From: Patescibacteria group bacterium
Lineage (GTDB): Bacteria > Patescibacteriota > Microgenomatia > Levybacterales > UBA12049
Direction of reading: 5' to 3'
Length of the DNA stretch: 64,000 bases
Assembly: GCA_038064195.1 (NCBI GenBank)
Contig: JBBTTO010000002.1
Location: 269,356 to 333,355 of the forward strand
A program made the position numbers and the translations under genes. Positions 29,948-39,638 of this stretch are shown one piece after another. The notes under the pieces were generated by a model. That model made no database searches and was not told the origin of the DNA. It saw only the letters and a program-made list of their open reading frames with translations. Position 1 is the first letter of the stretch. Each line of letters starts with the position of its first letter.

Positions 29948-32734
29948 ATGTTAGGAAATTTATTCAGCTCCCATAAAGACGAGAGGTCAATGCCGACTGA
30001 TCAAGCTCAACCTATGAACGATGATTCAACAGCAACTAATTCTCCGTTCCCACAGGATACAAATACCTCCTCACGAATGGATCCTGTCTTTCGTCAAAAT
30101 ATGTCTGCTCTCTCGCATTTAGACGCGAGGACTACGCAAGTGCTTCATCATGCTCAGGATGAGACAAAAAAGATCAGACAGGCACAAATCGAACCGGAGC
30201 AGCTACTCCTCGGGCTCCTCTACGACGAGGAGGTATTTAAGCTCTTTGAAGGATTTAATGTGGATGTCGCAAAGCTTGCTAAGGAGATTCAGAGTAAAGA
30301 ACAACTCGGTAACAGCACGACGCAGCCAACACTCAGCAACGCGACAACTGAGATCTTTGAGGCAGCATATAGAGATTGTAGAAATAGAAATGTCAGCTTC
30401 ATTTCACCTGAGGATCTTGTCGTCGCTCTCTTTGGTAGTGGCGGAAGGCTCGCGCAAAATCTATCTGAGAAAGGTATTAAGAAAGAGGCAATTAGTGAAA
30501 AACTCTCCAAGTCTGCGACTTATACAACCGGTAAGAAATCTATCCTTCAGGAATACGGCATTGATCTCACTGAGGAAGCCAAAGCAGGTAAACTGGATCC
30601 GATTGCCGGCAGGGACAAAGAAATTGATCGACTTGTTCACATACTTCTCCGTCGAACAAAAAACAATCCGATTATCATCGGTGAGGCAGGAGTAGGTAAG
30701 ACAGCAATTGTTGAAGGACTTGCTGAAGCAATTGCATCAGGGAGTGTTCCCGGGGGTCTCAATGACAAAAAGATTTTTCAGCTCGATCTAGCAGCTCTTG
30801 TCGCGGGCGCAAGTCATCGGGGGGAATTTGAAGAACGCCTTAAGGGTGTTATTAATGAAACAATAGCCTCACAAGGTCAGATCATACTTTTTATCGATGA
30901 GATCCATACATTGATCGGTGCAGGAGACACCGACGGGACGCTTGATGCTTCCAATATTATAAAGCCTCACTTAGCAAGGGGGCATATGCAAATCATCGGT
31001 ACTACAACAACTGCTGAATATCGTAAGCATTTTGAGAAGGATAAAGCCTTTGAGCGGCGTTTTCAGCCAATCTTAGCTGATGAGCCGAGTGAAGAGGCAG
31101 CAGTCGAGATGCTTAAAGTGCTTCGTCCTAAGTATGAAAAATTCCACAGTGTCACCATCCCTGATGATACATTGGTAGCTGCGGTTAAGTTATCAAAGAA
31201 ATATATCGGTGAGCGCTACCTTCCCGACAAAGCTGTGGATCTTATTGATGAAGCTGCAGCTGATGTGAAATTAGGCAGGACTGTAGTTAAAGAACAAAAA
31301 TCAGAGAATAATGATCAAAAAAAAGATAGCAATCTGGACGGTAACGGAATATCTGACTCACAGCAATCATCTTCACGTGCTACCGGTAATGAGGTTGTGA
31401 AATCAGATATAGAGAAAGTGGTCAGCAACTGGACAGGGATTCCCATCACCAAATTGACTGAGGATGAAAGTCAAAAACTCTTAAAACTTGAGGATAAGAT
31501 CCATGAGCGGCTTATTGATCAGGAAGAAGCTGTGACTGCTGTTGCTGAGGCAGTGAGGCGGGGAAGAATCGGCTTGGCTCCTGCCAACAGACCGATTGCT
31601 TCATTTGTTTTCTTAGGGCCGACAGGGGTAGGTAAAACTGAGTTGGCAAAATCTTTAGCTGAGTTACTTTTCGGTCGTGATGATGCTCTTATCAGACTTG
31701 ATATGAGTGAGTATATGGAAAAACATGAAGTAGCTAAGCTCATCGGTGCACCTCCCGGGTATGTAGGATATGAGGAAGGTGGTCAGTTGACTGAGGCAGT
31801 TCGGGCTAAGCCTTACTCAATTGTCCTCCTTGATGAAGTCGAGAAAGCGCATCCTGATGTCTTTAATATCTTACTTCAGCTCCTTGAGGACGGTCGTCTG
31901 ACTGACAATAAAGGCAATACGATTTCTTTTAAAAATACGATTGTTATTTGTACATCAAATATCGGTAGTGCTTTAATCCAACAACAATTAAGCGAGAAGG
32001 ATACAGGAGCAGCAACTACGCAGGAAGCTTTCAATGAGCAATTTGCTGAGCTTGCAGGCATGGTGACGACTGAACTGCGAAAATTCTTCCGACCTGAACT
32101 TCTTAATCGCTTTGATGATGTGGTCATATTTAAGCCGCTTCGCAAAGCTGATATGAGTAAAATTGCTAAGTTAGGGATTGCCAAGACAGCCAAACTTTTG
32201 GAAGAACAGGGGTATCATGTCCAGACGACAGACGGAGCGCTCGCAGAGTTGGCAAAAGAGGGGTACGATCCTGTCTATGGCGCGAGACCTCTTCGCCGCC
32301 TCATCCAGACAGCAATCGAAAACCAAATTGCCATGCTCTTAATTGCCAAACAATTTGTCCCTGGGGACACTATCGTTATTGATTATGACGCTGCAAAAGG
32401 GGCTTTTGCTTTCAGTAAGGGGAGCGGACAAAGTTTGGAAGGGACCGCGTCAAACGCGGCTGGCGCAAAGGGGACAAATGGGAGTGAAGCGGAAGCTGTT
32501 TCAGACGGGATGAATTCAAGCGACGATGCTACCCCTCAGTCTCCCGTTGCCGGAGCTGGGGAAGCGATGGCGCTTCCTGAGGAGACAAATGAGACACAAG
32601 GATCAAATGGGGCTCAACAGTTTGCCACACCTGATTTCAGTCCACCCTTTATGAAAACTGATGATACACAAACGAACGGTAATATGAATGCAGCCTCAAA
32701 CGGTATGGCCTCATCCTCAACTGCGACAAATTAG
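29948..32734 (+). CDS. Clp/Hsp100 double-AAA+ ATPase (ClpC/ClpB-like)
   Basis: Clp N-domain, [39 protein letters not shown] and GARPLRR motifs. Confidence 0.93.
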   Translation: MLGNLFSSHKDERSMPTDQAQPMNDDSTATNSPFPQDTNTSSRMDPVFRQNMSALSHLDARTTQVLHHAQDETKKIRQAQIEPEQLLLGLLYDEEVFKLFEGFNVDVAKLAKEIQSKEQLGNSTTQPTLSNATTEIFEAAYRDCRNRNVSFISPEDLVVALFGSGGRLAQNLSEKGIKKEAISEKLSKSATYTTGKKSILQEYGIDLTEEAKAGKLDPIAGRDKEIDRLVHILLRRTKNNPIIIGEAGVGKTAIVEGLAEAIASGSVPGGLNDKKIFQLDLAALVAGASHRGEFEERLKGVINETIASQGQIILFIDEIHTLIGAGDTDGTLDASNIIKPHLARGHMQIIGTTTTAEYRKHFEKDKAFERRFQPILADEPSEEAAVEMLKVLRPKYEKFHSVTIPDDTLVAAVKLSKKYIGERYLPDKAVDLIDEAAADVKLGRTVVKEQKSENNDQKKDSNLDGNGISDSQQSSSRATGNEVVKSDIEKVVSNWTGIPITKLTEDESQKLLKLEDKIHERLIDQEEAVTAVAEAVRRGRIGLAPANRPIASFVFLGPTGVGKTELAKSLAELLFGRDDALIRLDMSEYMEKHEVAKLIGAPPGYVGYEEGGQLTEAVRAKPYSIVLLDEVEKAHPDVFNILLQLLEDGRLTDNKGNTISFKNTIVICTSNIGSALIQQQLSEKDTGAATTQEAFNEQFAELAGMVTTELRKFFRPELLNRFDDVVIFKPLRKADMSKIAKLGIAKTAKLLEEQGYHVQTTDGALAELAKEGYDPVYGARPLRRLIQTAIENQIAMLLIAKQFVPGDTIVIDYDAAKGAFAFSKGSGQSLEGTASNAAGAKGTNGSEAEAVSDGMNSSDDATPQSPVAGAGEAMALPEETNETQGSNGAQQFATPDFSPPFMKTDDTQTNGNMNAASNGMASSSTATN

Positions 32735-32807
32735 TCTTAAGCCTCTTATTTGAGTTTTGCCTCGTGAGTGCCTATACTAAAAGTATCTTTATTTTGACTT
32801 GCTTATC

Positions 32808-32916
32808 AGGGGTTTCACCCCTACTATTAGCTTGTTTGTAGGGTGAAACCCCTCGAGACTGAGGTTTCTGACCTCACCCCCTGCCTTGGCAGGTCCCCTC
32901 TCCTTTAAGGAGAGGG
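32808..32916. repeat. Cluster of REP-like hairpins
   Basis: AGGGGTTTCACCCCTAC/GTAGGGTGAAACCCCT (32808-32853), CCTGCC/GGCAGG (32880-93) and CCCTCTCCT/AGGAGAGGG (32896-916). Confidence 0.7.
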
Positions 32917-32938
32917 TTATAAGGAATTTGATTATTTT

Positions 32939-33271
32939 ATGACTGCCTACCTTTTCTTGCCTATCTATTTTTTGGAGTTTTGGTTTGGTCAGGCTCCTTT
33001 ACGTCTTATCAGCCACTTTATAAAGATAAATCAGGCTTTTTTCCAGTTTTTCTCGGTGCCTTTACTTTTACGGACATTTTTCAGGCCAGCAAAGAACGAA
33101 TACAGAAAAGGTTTAATCGGTTTTTCAATCGGGATCGGCATTTTTTTGAAAAGTTGTGTTATTCTTACGGCTTTACTCCTATTTATCCCATTACTCCTGA
33201 GTGAAGTTATCCTGTTTTGTGGATTTTTGACCTTTCCGCTTATTACGTTAGCAGTCTTGCTTTGGAATTAA
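32939..33271 (+). CDS. Small hydrophobic membrane protein coupled to the second Clp ATPase
   Basis: 110 aa with FSVPLLLRTFFRP and two TM helices; stop lies 2 nt before the next ATG. Confidence 0.7.
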   Translation: MTAYLFLPIYFLEFWFGQAPLRLISHFIKINQAFFQFFSVPLLLRTFFRPAKNEYRKGLIGFSIGIGIFLKSCVILTALLLFIPLLLSEVILFCGFLTFPLITLAVLLWN

Positions 33272-33273
33272 CT

Positions 33274-35685
33274 ATGGATTATCATCTTTTAGCTTTTTAC
33301 AGTTTTTATAGGGCTTCGGGAGTTCGTCTTCTTCGCGCATTTGTTGCGAGTGGACTTTGCCTACTCATCGTCATTGGTATACTCGGGAGATTTTCTCCTT
33401 CATTTCCGCTTTTTCTTCTCAATATTCAAATCATGGTGGAAATTTTCTATCGCTACTATGTCTCAACCAGACAATCGACAAAGACAATTCAGGAAGTAGA
33501 TGAGTCAAATGTACTTCACGCAGTAACACTTCCTGCTATGGCAACACTCAGACAGAGTCGAACAAGTGCCGAGACGTTAAAGCGGCTTTTAACTTTTCCT
33601 CAGGTTGAATTTTTTCTCGCCCGATCAGGTATTAGCAGAAATGAATTGCCAATAAGTGAGATGGGAAATGCAGTTCTCCCGCAATTTGCTTACAAATTAG
33701 CTAAGGAATTGGGCGGTAAATATGTGACCACTATGGATCTTATGGCTGCCTATATATTACTTGAGGAAGAGAGAGCCCATTTACTTGTGAAGAAGAATCT
33801 GCAGGAAAAGGACATTTTGCAGATATTACGTTGGGCAAGATCAGCATATCCCGAGGAAGAACGACCCCGGTCTTTTGAAATAACAGTTGGCGGTGGAGGA
33901 ATTGGAGAATGGTTGGCAGTAGGTTGGACACCCGAGACGGCAGAATTTACTCGCAATTTTACCTATGAGATAACAAGTGATGATGTATCAATTGTCGGTC
34001 GTGAGGAAGAATATGAAAGACTGAAAGAAGAATTATTAAAGCTGGAGAATAATAACGTTGTTCTTATCGGAGAAGCAGGGGTCGGGAAAGAACAGCTGGT
34101 AAGAAAGCTGGCAATTGATTGTTATAAAAATGCTCTTGATCATGCTTTAGGTTATAAAACAATACTGGAGCTATTGGTCGGATCACTACTTGCAGGAGCG
34201 ACCTCTCAGGGAGAGCTTGAAGAACGGGTTAAGGCAATTATTGATGAGATATCTCATGCCGGTAATATTATCCTTTATATTCCCGAGTTCCAGGATATGA
34301 TCGGCGGTAGTAGCTTCTCACTTGATCTTTCAGGGGCACTTGCTCCCTATATGAAAGACGGTCAACTTCCGGTTATTGCCACCATGACTGAGGGGAACTA
34401 TAAAACCTATTTTGAGAAGAGTTCACTTCACGAACTCTTCTCACCCATTACTCTTAATGAGCCCACCCCTCAGCAGGCGGAAATAATGGTGATGGAAAAA
34501 ATAAGTGAGATTGAGAAAAACCAAAATTCGATTGTAACCTATGCTGCCCTTAAGATAGCTACTGAGTATGCCGGAAGATATACTCAAAACCTGTCACTTC
34601 CCGGGAGCGCGATTGAACTATTAGCTGATGCTATAAGTTCCTTACATGATACTAAAGACGCCGGTTTTTATGATAAAACACAAAAGCGTTTGCTGACAGA
34701 TACACTCGTCCTCAAAACAATTGAAGGAAGGACAAAGATAGCCTTATCTGAGCCCTCAGACAGCGAAAAAACATTATTACTGCATTTAGAAGATAGGCTC
34801 CATCAATCAATTATCGGACAGGATGAAGCCATCACTGTCATAGCTGAGGCTATGCGACGTCTCCGTTCAGGGGTTGAATCTGTGAACAGGCCAATTTCGT
34901 TTCTTTTTTTGGGACCGACAGGAGTCGGTAAGACAGAGACTGCCAAAACACTTTCCAAAGTCTACTTTGGCGGTGAGCAAAATATGATCAGACTCGACAT
35001 GAGTGAATATGCTGAACTAGATGGTCAAAAGCGTCTTTTGGGTGCACTTCCCGGGCAGGGGGAAGAACGAGGTGAGTTGACAGAAAAAGTTCGTGATCAT
35101 CCTTATTCATTGATATTGCTTGATGAATTTGAGAAAGCTCATCCTTCTATTTTGAGCTTGTTTCTTCAAATCCTTGATGACGGGCGAATCACCGATAACA
35201 AAGGCCGTACTATCTCATTTATAAATACAATTATTATCGCTACCTCCAATGCAGGATCTGAATATATTCGTGAGGCAGTAGAGAATGGCAAAGCAAGTAC
35301 CCCTACTTTTACCAAAGAGCTGTTAACGTACTTGCAGGAGCAAAATATTTTCAAACCGGAGTTACTCAACCGTTTTGACGGAGTCGTCACATTCCATCCT
35401 TTGACAGAACCTGAGATTGAAAAAGTGACCGCGATACTTCTTCGGGATCTGGCAGAAAAGATGCAGGAGAAGAATATTTCTCTTACCTATGCAAACAGTG
35501 TTTTCAAAAAAATTGCTCATGAGGCATATAATAAAGAGTTCGGTGCCCGTCCGATCAGGAGATACTTACAGGGGACGATAGAAGAACTTCTCGCGCAAGG
35601 TCTACTACAGAACAGTATTCACCATGGTGATCAAGTAACAGTTGACGTTGATAATAACAATAACTTTGTAATTGAGGGGAAATAA
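33274..35685 (+). CDS. Membrane-anchored Clp-like ATPase with degenerate first AAA module
   Basis: N-terminal hydrophobic helices. NBD1 reads GEAGVGKE/LYIPEF; NBD2 reads [32 protein letters not shown]. Start set at ATG 33274. Confidence 0.88.
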   Translation: MDYHLLAFYSFYRASGVRLLRAFVASGLCLLIVIGILGRFSPSFPLFLLNIQIMVEIFYRYYVSTRQSTKTIQEVDESNVLHAVTLPAMATLRQSRTSAETLKRLLTFPQVEFFLARSGISRNELPISEMGNAVLPQFAYKLAKELGGKYVTTMDLMAAYILLEEERAHLLVKKNLQEKDILQILRWARSAYPEEERPRSFEITVGGGGIGEWLAVGWTPETAEFTRNFTYEITSDDVSIVGREEEYERLKEELLKLENNNVVLIGEAGVGKEQLVRKLAIDCYKNALDHALGYKTILELLVGSLLAGATSQGELEERVKAIIDEISHAGNIILYIPEFQDMIGGSSFSLDLSGALAPYMKDGQLPVIATMTEGNYKTYFEKSSLHELFSPITLNEPTPQQAEIMVMEKISEIEKNQNSIVTYAALKIATEYAGRYTQNLSLPGSAIELLADAISSLHDTKDAGFYDKTQKRLLTDTLVLKTIEGRTKIALSEPSDSEKTLLLHLEDRLHQSIIGQDEAITVIAEAMRRLRSGVESVNRPISFLFLGPTGVGKTETAKTLSKVYFGGEQNMIRLDMSEYAELDGQKRLLGALPGQGEERGELTEKVRDHPYSLILLDEFEKAHPSILSLFLQILDDGRITDNKGRTISFINTIIIATSNAGSEYIREAVENGKASTPTFTKELLTYLQEQNIFKPELLNRFDGVVTFHPLTEPEIEKVTAILLRDLAEKMQEKNISLTYANSVFKKIAHEAYNKEFGARPIRRYLQGTIEELLAQGLLQNSIHHGDQVTVDVDNNNNFVIEGK

Positions 35686-35735
35686 GGATTTCTTGACAAC
35701 ACGCCTAAATACTTTTAACCTATAACAAGCTAGCA

Positions 35736-36854
35736 ATGAAGAAAAAAAAATCCCAGAGAAAGCACATTAGCCATCGGGCAAAAAAACGATCTCCGCGTCG
35801 ACTCCATCACCGGGTAATATCCTTTTTTAGAGGAGATGGAGGAATATATGTGATCCTCCTTTTAGGAGTCACAATGGCCGGGGCGTTCGCACTTTCAGGT
35901 GGTATCCTGCCCCAACTCAACCCTAATCCATCAAGCGCAGATCAAGTGCAGATCGATGAAGACTCGGCCAAACGAAGCTCAGAAAGCGCATTACAACTGG
36001 TAGATATTAAAATAAAACCGACTGATACTCCTGTCCCCACCCCGACTGAAAATCCTACATCTTCGATTACGCCACTGCTTACCTCCTCAATCACTCCATC
36101 GCCATCAACAATTAAGGAATGTCTTGACAGGAGTGTTATTACTATGATGATTGATCTTTCGGCTTCAATGGGGAATGATCATAAAATTGATGCATTGAAT
36201 ACTGCGCTTGTAGACTTTACAGGCTCTCTTCAATCAACGAATGCTGTCGTAGGAGGTATTGCATTTGGCGCGCCATCCGCAGAATATACCCTGGATAATA
36301 TAGAAGGGGTAAAATTGCTGTCAAACTATACAAGTAATAAAACTAACGTTACCAGTAGGTTTACTAACCTCAAAGTAGGCCCTACAGGTGGTACCTACAT
36401 GCGTAACGGATATAAGGATTCAGTCAGTCGCCTTACGAGCTATAAATCAAACCATCAAACACAAAATAATCACTATATCTCAATTATTTTTTCTGATGGG
36501 GTACCTGAGATACTTGATGATCTTAATCCGACGTGTCTTGGCGGGGGAAAAGTTGATGGAGTTTGTTGGGCACGTCAACAGGATCCCCGTAAGACACCTT
36601 TCGGACTTAATTCAACTGATTATATTACTTTGATGGACGGGCTGGTTAATAAATCCTATGCAGTAGCAATTTATGACAGTAGGTCAGCAGCAAGAGGTGC
36701 GGGTTTGACTGATGAGTTAACAACGCTCCTCCACACTGCTGCGTCAAGTTCAAAAGCACCTTATTATCAAAGTGTTGATCTTAAAAACGGTCCGCTTGAT
36801 CAAGGAGAATTGAAAGGCTTCTTTAATTCCATTGTTAAAGATGCTTGCTCGTAA
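35736..36854 (+). CDS. Membrane-anchored vWA (MIDAS) domain protein
   Basis: Basic N-terminus, TM helix, P/T-rich stalk, DLSASM (DxSxS), GGT and FSDG motifs. Confidence 0.82.
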   Translation: MKKKKSQRKHISHRAKKRSPRRLHHRVISFFRGDGGIYVILLLGVTMAGAFALSGGILPQLNPNPSSADQVQIDEDSAKRSSESALQLVDIKIKPTDTPVPTPTENPTSSITPLLTSSITPSPSTIKECLDRSVITMMIDLSASMGNDHKIDALNTALVDFTGSLQSTNAVVGGIAFGAPSAEYTLDNIEGVKLLSNYTSNKTNVTSRFTNLKVGPTGGTYMRNGYKDSVSRLTSYKSNHQTQNNHYISIIFSDGVPEILDDLNPTCLGGGKVDGVCWARQQDPRKTPFGLNSTDYITLMDGLVNKSYAVAIYDSRSAARGAGLTDELTTLLHTAASSSKAPYYQSVDLKNGPLDQGELKGFFNSIVKDACS

Positions 36855-36912
36855 TTTTTTGCCTATCTGAGTGGTTGATAGCCTCGTTCTAATCTGGTAT
36901 ACTTAGCAAACT

Positions 36913-38136
36913 ATGCCAGCAGTACAACGCTCAGAATTTGCTCTTGCCCTCAATCAGGTCGCTACCGAACGCGGAGTGGATGTCGATGTCGTTTTGGACA
37001 CAGTCAAAAATGCAATCGTAGCTGCCTATCGTAAGGATCACCCGGGGGTTGAGGTAGAAGAATATACCGCCGATCTTAATCCCAATACCGGTGAGGCACG
37101 CATTCTCCATGAGGGGGAAGATGTTACCCCTCCTGGCTTTGGCCGTATTGCCGCTCAAACTGCCAAGCAAGTCATCCTCCAGAAAATTCGTGAGAAAGAA
37201 AAAGAAGCAATTATTACCGATTACCGTGACAAGATAGGACAGATTGTTAACGGGACTGTCTTACGTTTTGCAGGGTCAAATGTGATTGTTGATATCGGAA
37301 AGACCGAGGCAATGATGCCACCCCCTGAGCAAATTCAAAATGAAAAATATTATCAAAATCAACGTTTAGTCGTCTTCCTTAAAGATATTCGTGAAGGAAT
37401 TAAAGGCGAGGAAGTTATTGTATCAAGATCAGATAACGGACTTCTTGAAGGGCTTTTCCGTCGCGAGGTTCCTGAGGTAGCACAGGGAAGTGTTGTTATT
37501 AAGACAATTGTTCGTGAGCCGGGTAATCGCGCGAAAGTAGCTGTCTCATCAACCCAAAGCGGTATAGATCCGGTCGGTAGTTGTGTAGGCCAAAAAGGTG
37601 TCCGTGTCCAGGCAATTATTCAGGAAGTCGGCGGTATTGAGAAAATTGATATTATCCAGTGGCAGGATGATATAACAGCCTATATCGCAGCAGCCCTCTC
37701 ACCTGCCAAAAACGTTAATGTTCATCTTAATCAAGATGATAAAAGCGCAAAGGTTACTGTCCCTCAAGATGAATTATCTTTGGCAATCGGCAAAGACGGA
37801 CAGAATGTACGTTTGGCTTCGAAATTGACAGAGTACCGTATTGAAATTGAAGGTGACCAATTAGAGCCTAAACCAGTAGTAGCGGAAGAAAAGATCGAAG
37901 AGGCTAAAGAGACAAAAGAGCCGGAAGAGAAAGTCGAAAAGATTGAAGACGTTGTTGAAGAGGTTGAATCTAAAGAAGAAGCTGTTAAAGACAGTAAAGG
38001 TGAAGCCCCGACTGAAGCACAGCTTGCGGAAGAGACAAAAGAGATAGTAGACGCAACTGAGGGAGCGCAGGTGGCTATTACCCCTGAGGATGAGGCTCCA
38101 GATAAAGCTACTATCAAGACCGATACAACTGAGTAA
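36913..38136 (+). CDS. nusA: Transcription termination/antitermination factor NusA
   Basis: FGRIAAQTAKQVI, REPGNRAKVAV, DPVGSCVG and AIGKDGQNVRLA motifs; acidic tail. Confidence 0.97.
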   Translation: MPAVQRSEFALALNQVATERGVDVDVVLDTVKNAIVAAYRKDHPGVEVEEYTADLNPNTGEARILHEGEDVTPPGFGRIAAQTAKQVILQKIREKEKEAIITDYRDKIGQIVNGTVLRFAGSNVIVDIGKTEAMMPPPEQIQNEKYYQNQRLVVFLKDIREGIKGEEVIVSRSDNGLLEGLFRREVPEVAQGSVVIKTIVREPGNRAKVAVSSTQSGIDPVGSCVGQKGVRVQAIIQEVGGIEKIDIIQWQDDITAYIAAALSPAKNVNVHLNQDDKSAKVTVPQDELSLAIGKDGQNVRLASKLTEYRIEIEGDQLEPKPVVAEEKIEEAKETKEPEEKVEKIEDVVEEVESKEEAVKDSKGEAPTEAQLAEETKEIVDATEGAQVAITPEDEAPDKATIKTDTTE

Positions 38137-38175
38137 TCATATGCACTCACCGTTGTTTTTATCAAGAAAAATCAT

Positions 38176-39627
38176 ATGTCAAACGAAAATAAATCACAGC
38201 AGATTATCTATCCTCCTGTCGTAGCCGTTCTCGGTCACGTTGACCACGGTAAAACTTCACTTTTAGATGCAATTCGCAGTACATCTATTGCAGAGCGTGA
38301 GTCAGGTGGTATCACGCAAAAAATAGGTGCTTCCTCAGTTGAGATCATGCATGACGATAAGCCTCGAACTATTACCTTTATTGATACTCCCGGACATCAG
38401 GCCTTCTCACAAATGCGAAGTAGGGGCGCGATCGCTTCCGATATTGGCCTGCTTATTGTTTCATCAACTGACGGGGTGATGCCTCAAACTCGGGAAAGTA
38501 TTGAAGCCCTTAAAGCGTCCAAAATCCCCATCATCGTTGTCCTCACCAAAGCTGATTTGCCGACCAAAAATATCGAGAAAGCAAAAGGCCAGATCTTACG
38601 GGAAGGCATTATGCTTGAGGGGATGGGGGGTGACGTCCCTGTCATGGAAGTATCCGCAAAGACTAAAAGCAACGTCAAAGAATTGTTAGATCTTATTTTG
38701 TTAGTCCAGGAATTGCACGCCAGTAATACGACTGAAAAAGTTTCTTCCACTCACCCAATGAAAGCTATTGTGATTGAATCGCGCCTTGATCAAAAAGCCG
38801 GACCGAGAGCGACACTTATCATCAAGGACGGCACATTAAAAGTGCGTGAACCGGTCTTTATCGATGGGAGTTCATTTAAAGTTCGCTCAGTGATGGACAC
38901 CGAGGGTAAGATGCTCTCCGTTGCGACAATCGGTCAGGCTGTTGAAGTTTTAGGTTTTTTGAAAGTACCCTCTGTCGGCAGTCTAATGACGAGCGAGCCT
39001 ACTGTTCAAGAAGCTGAGTTACCACTCTCCAAAGAAAGTGTTTATTCGCCGGTTGCAAATCAAGAAGAATTGCCAATCATTCTTGCCGCTGACTCACAAG
39101 GGTCACTTGAGGCAATAACTAATGCATTCCCTGAAAAAGTTCATGTTTTGGAGCAAAAAACGGGTGAAATAACAGAAGGAGATGTCCTGCACGCCAAATC
39201 AACAGGCTCGCTTCTTATCGGTTTTAATACCAAGCTTCGACCTGATGTTGTGAAGCTGGCACGAACAGAGAAAGTGCTGATGAAGAATTATACGATTATC
39301 TATGAGCTTTTAGACGAAATAGCAGATGTTTTGGAGGGTAAAAGACTGGCGGGAATCGAGGAAATTTACGGAACAGCTAAGATATTGGCACAATTCCCCT
39401 TTGAGAAGACAGTGGTCCTCGGAGTATCAGTAACTGATGGCCGGGTAGCCAGAGGAGACAAAATACGCGTGATGCGTGGTGATAACGTCATTGGCGAGTC
39501 ACAAATTACCTCACTGAGAGTAGGAAAAGAGCCCACATCAAAAGTAGAAAAAGGCCATGAAGCCGGCATTGTGATCTCACCCATGCTTGACTTTGAGGTC
39601 GGAGATATGCTACTATCCCATGAATAA
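38176..39627 (+). CDS. infB: Translation initiation factor IF-2 (no N-terminal domain)
   Basis: PPVVAVLGHVDHGKTSLLD, GGITQ, DTPGH and TKAD motifs; follows nusA. Confidence 0.95.
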   Translation: MSNENKSQQIIYPPVVAVLGHVDHGKTSLLDAIRSTSIAERESGGITQKIGASSVEIMHDDKPRTITFIDTPGHQAFSQMRSRGAIASDIGLLIVSSTDGVMPQTRESIEALKASKIPIIVVLTKADLPTKNIEKAKGQILREGIMLEGMGGDVPVMEVSAKTKSNVKELLDLILLVQELHASNTTEKVSSTHPMKAIVIESRLDQKAGPRATLIIKDGTLKVREPVFIDGSSFKVRSVMDTEGKMLSVATIGQAVEVLGFLKVPSVGSLMTSEPTVQEAELPLSKESVYSPVANQEELPIILAADSQGSLEAITNAFPEKVHVLEQKTGEITEGDVLHAKSTGSLLIGFNTKLRPDVVKLARTEKVLMKNYTIIYELLDEIADVLEGKRLAGIEEIYGTAKILAQFPFEKTVVLGVSVTDGRVARGDKIRVMRGDNVIGESQITSLRVGKEPTSKVEKGHEAGIVISPMLDFEVGDMLLSHE

Positions 39628-39638
39628 TATAGGATACT

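Noticed and set aside
32748-32774. Possible CIRCE (GAGTGCCTA) upstream of the second Clp unit
   Set aside because: No matching left arm at 9-nt spacing; better explained as sequence next to a TATACT -10 box.
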